Positions 62,901 to 64,000 of a stretch of 64,000 nucleotides of DNA are shown here, piece by piece. How positions within the stretch are numbered: the first letter of the stretch is position 1; each line of letters opens with the position of its first letter. The stretch spans positions 51,205 through 115,204 of the forward strand of contig JABUTU010000005.1 in NCBI GenBank assembly GCA_021443545.1, written 5' to 3'. A program made the translations under genes and the position numbers. The DNA comes from Marinilabiliaceae bacterium (GTDB lineage Bacteria > Bacteroidota > Bacteroidia > Bacteroidales > Marinilabiliaceae). Below the pieces are notes generated by a model that saw only the letters and a program-made list of their open reading frames with translations, had not been told where the DNA came from and did not search any database.

Positions 62901-63271
62901 CCTCCATCAGCCAATGCTATAATTATATGGTTATCGTCCAAGAATCTGAGCGACCGAACATCCTTGCCATAGATACTTTTCGGATTGTTCCTCTCTGGCA
63001 AATACTTGGTAAAACTATAACCATCAAAGGAATATACTCCGTCATCTGTTCCAAGCCAAAGGCGACCATCTTTATCCAAACATATAGTTTTTACGGAGTT
63101 ACTATTAAGTCCATTATCAGCGTAAAAATGAACAAAATTAAAAACATCTATATCGTCGCTTTCTGATATCTCATTCAAAGGCACAAATACATCAGACATA
63201 TCTCGTGCCCGAAGCCCAACAGGCTCGAGCAGCATCAGAAATATCAATATTATCAGTACCCTCTCATTCAT
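59945..63271 (-). CDS. Membrane sensor phosphatase: periplasmic beta-propeller (Reg_prop-like) repeats, Y_Y_Y domain, TM helix and cytoplasmic SpoIIE/PP2C phosphatase domain
   Basis: 1108-aa ORF with a signal peptide and about 700 aa of recurring ..LW(I/V)(A/G)T..G(L/I).. propeller-blade motifs. The Y_Y_Y-like segment reads YKYRLEKDDWVYVGTSNEIYLSGLTPGEYRLEV. The TM helix WLSIPALIFYGIMILAVLWLLL lies at about 60850..60920. PP2C/SpoIIE motifs are SGDFYRF, FVIAADCTGHGVPGAFIS and YVFSDGFLDQFGG. Confidence 0.8.
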   Translation of the reverse strand: MNERVLIILIFLMLLEPVGLRARDMSDVFVPLNEISESDDIDVFNFVHFYADNGLNSNSVKTICLDKDGRLWLGTDDGVYSFDGYSFTKYLPERNNPKSIYGKDVRSLRFLDDNHIIIALADGGISIYDERTGEFKTGTQSAIESYVEGNPYPNDLEYQTSYGLSACENDNIYIAFEDFIVHRNERTGVAQRIPLSNHRKYSGVVTDKVEIEPFKGNDSLVCIMLGKSSFGILNNRYGSIKEVRFSRRASEYINDICAIDNHRCYIATSKGLYLYDVWAKRIRLQPIPGVRNVHCIIKDNDEGYWLMYDNSEILNWNPIDKSYRRLNKPTDVLGKHMYVNDMLEDENGVLWVATSNSGLFKFDTKPSKIGTYSLKNELPDNYNTYNIHGNSNTTLYASCGFNGVLKMDLKNSMTRLYELPEQNVLSVYERKDGTICVGTTKGAYIFDGKMNFVKEVPFAPAKNDSINRIIVNDITEDCLGNIWLATQRGLYKYNGYKVERQRGVGMKGENVDCVYEDYEGRIWCGLKSGSYFKAPTDTFFIPTDAYEINKSPNNHTYCFCDYGNRVLIGTASGILSYDKESKHVTAAEFSNYFDNCIIYSLLRTSNDILWISSNSGIGYVDMKNAKAYKFNHYDGLKNIGNECHKFALVGDNLIFGRAATPNVIDVNNVALNHKLPRTYISRMSYGQAGNSFSLSQKGGSVYETHYLMRASLSIVMSSSDLSIPSRNEYKYRLEKDDWVYVGTSNEIYLSGLTPGEYRLEVMSSNCDKIWSGESVVFYIRIIPPMWLSIPALIFYGIMILAVLWLLLDMRLKNVNRKVRLMAEEMRGKRAIEDQRNRLAKIHKDQTDSISYAKHIQEAIMHRSDTIDKAFNKLFVLYKPKDIVSGDFYRFFQRDDKSFVIAADCTGHGVPGAFISILGMDHLNNIIMRQKIDDPGEILTELHKETFGMIYRNDSSKQNFNDGIDLTISVVHHKEHKIEFAGAMNDMYMIRQNEIITFRGDHFSIGTNVSLDPAIERTPKYRTHVVNYERGDIFYVFSDGFLDQFGGPEQKKFKYRRFKHLLLNIHKMPARDQKIILNRRLEEWKGVNEQTDDICVIGFEPWVEENSIL

Positions 63272-63277
63272 ATCATT

Positions 63278-64000
63278 CTACTCTATTTTCAACACCTCTT
63301 TTGCAACTCTGCGTGCTTGAGCATCCGTCTCAAAATAGTCCTCAACAGTTGGATTCTCAACATATGGTACCCTGGCAATAACATCTTCTATTACACCTGG
63401 CATATCAAGGAAACTTATCGCACCAACCAAGAATGCCTTGACAACTATCTCGTTTGCTCCATTCATAACACATGGTGTATTACCACCATTCTTCATCGAA
63501 TCAAATGCTATCTGGAGATTTCTAAAGAGTACCCTGTCGGGATATTCAAACGTCAGTGTACTATATTTTCTGAAATCTAACGTCTCGACTGGACTACTAT
63601 ACCTATATGGGAAAGTTAATGCATACTGAATCGGCAGTCGCATATCTGGAGTTCCTAACTGCGCTTTAACACTACCATCTTCAAACTCAACCATTGAATG
63701 GATTATCGACTGAGGATGTACCACGATCTCAATCTTTTCGGGTTCAACACCAAACAACCATCGAGCCTCGATACTCTCTAAACCCTTATTCATCAAAGAG
63801 GCTGAATCAATGGTAACCTTAGCTCCCATACTCCAATTTGGATGCTTTAACGCTTGGGCTGGTGTCACACCCTCAAGTTGCGCCCTGCTCCAACCTCTAA
63901 AGGGCCCTCCCGATGCTGTTAATATAATCTTCTTCGCTGTAAGATGTCTCTCGCCATTCAAACATTGAAAAATAGCCGAATGCTCACTGTCGACTGGGAG
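63278..64000 (-). CDS. dxr: 1-deoxy-D-xylulose 5-phosphate reductoisomerase; 3' part only, N-terminus beyond the window
   Basis: The frame is open to the window edge (..LPVDSEHSAIFQCLNGERH..). Other motifs are ILTASGGPFRGW and NWSMGAKVTIDSASLMNKGLE. The track's M at 63961 is an internal TTG. Confidence 0.9.
   Translation of the reverse strand, partial: LPVDSEHSAIFQCLNGERHLTAKKIILTASGGPFRGWSRAQLEGVTPAQALKHPNWSMGAKVTIDSASLMNKGLESIEARWLFGVEPEKIEIVVHPQSIIHSMVEFEDGSVKAQLGTPDMRLPIQYALTFPYRYSSPVETLDFRKYSTLTFEYPDRVLFRNLQIAFDSMKNGGNTPCVMNGANEIVVKAFLVGAISFLDMPGVIEDVIARVPYVENPTVEDYFETDAQARRVAKEVLKIE

Noticed and set aside
1-64000. tRNA, rRNA, CRISPR, prophage, integrase, toxin-antitoxin, restriction-modification, or a diversity-generating retroelement near the giant gene.
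   Set aside because: I saw no cloverleaf-like or rRNA-like sequence and no repeat-spacer array. No reverse transcriptase, integrase or intact transposase ORF is present in the window.

Overview
This window looks like a Bacteroidales (Prevotellaceae-like) chromosome segment. That is an inference from gene content: an ileS-dksA-lspA block, a GSCFA protein, a Reg_prop/Y_Y_Y sensor, GH133/GT4/GH57/GT35 glycogen genes and TAnnTTTG-type -7 boxes. The main result is that the left 34 kb, almost empty in the supplied ORF track, is coding. The minus strand from ATG 34178 down to nt 3 is one uninterrupted reading frame of at least 11,392 codons. Its 3' end lies beyond the window, and the track misses it because no stop codon falls inside the window. 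It encodes a giant surface protein with a signal peptide. From the N-terminus I read about 15 Ig-like modules, a roughly 1,290-aa non-repetitive core, and about 69 tandem SprB-type Cys-bracketed repeats (about 20 kb). These are followed by 3+2 different Ig/PKD-like modules and at least 15 copies of a further ~80-aa repeat. To the right are dprA, an M23 peptidase, thiL and ruvA. Next is a 1.85-kb block of gene debris: a transposase N-terminal remnant abutting an ABC bacteriocin-exporter remnant tail-to-tail. This block is bracketed by an ~80-bp direct duplication of the glgP 3' end plus its terminator. After it come a four-gene glycogen cluster, a GSCFA gene, and a small secreted-protein gene preceded by three exact TTTGACGAAC direct repeats. 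The rest is a DASS transporter, a glycosyltransferase, ileS-dksA-lspA, a radical SAM gene, waaA, a propeller-sensor/PP2C phosphatase and the 3' part of dxr. I saw no rRNA, tRNA or CRISPR array. All domain names come from motif recognition by eye; no database search was run.
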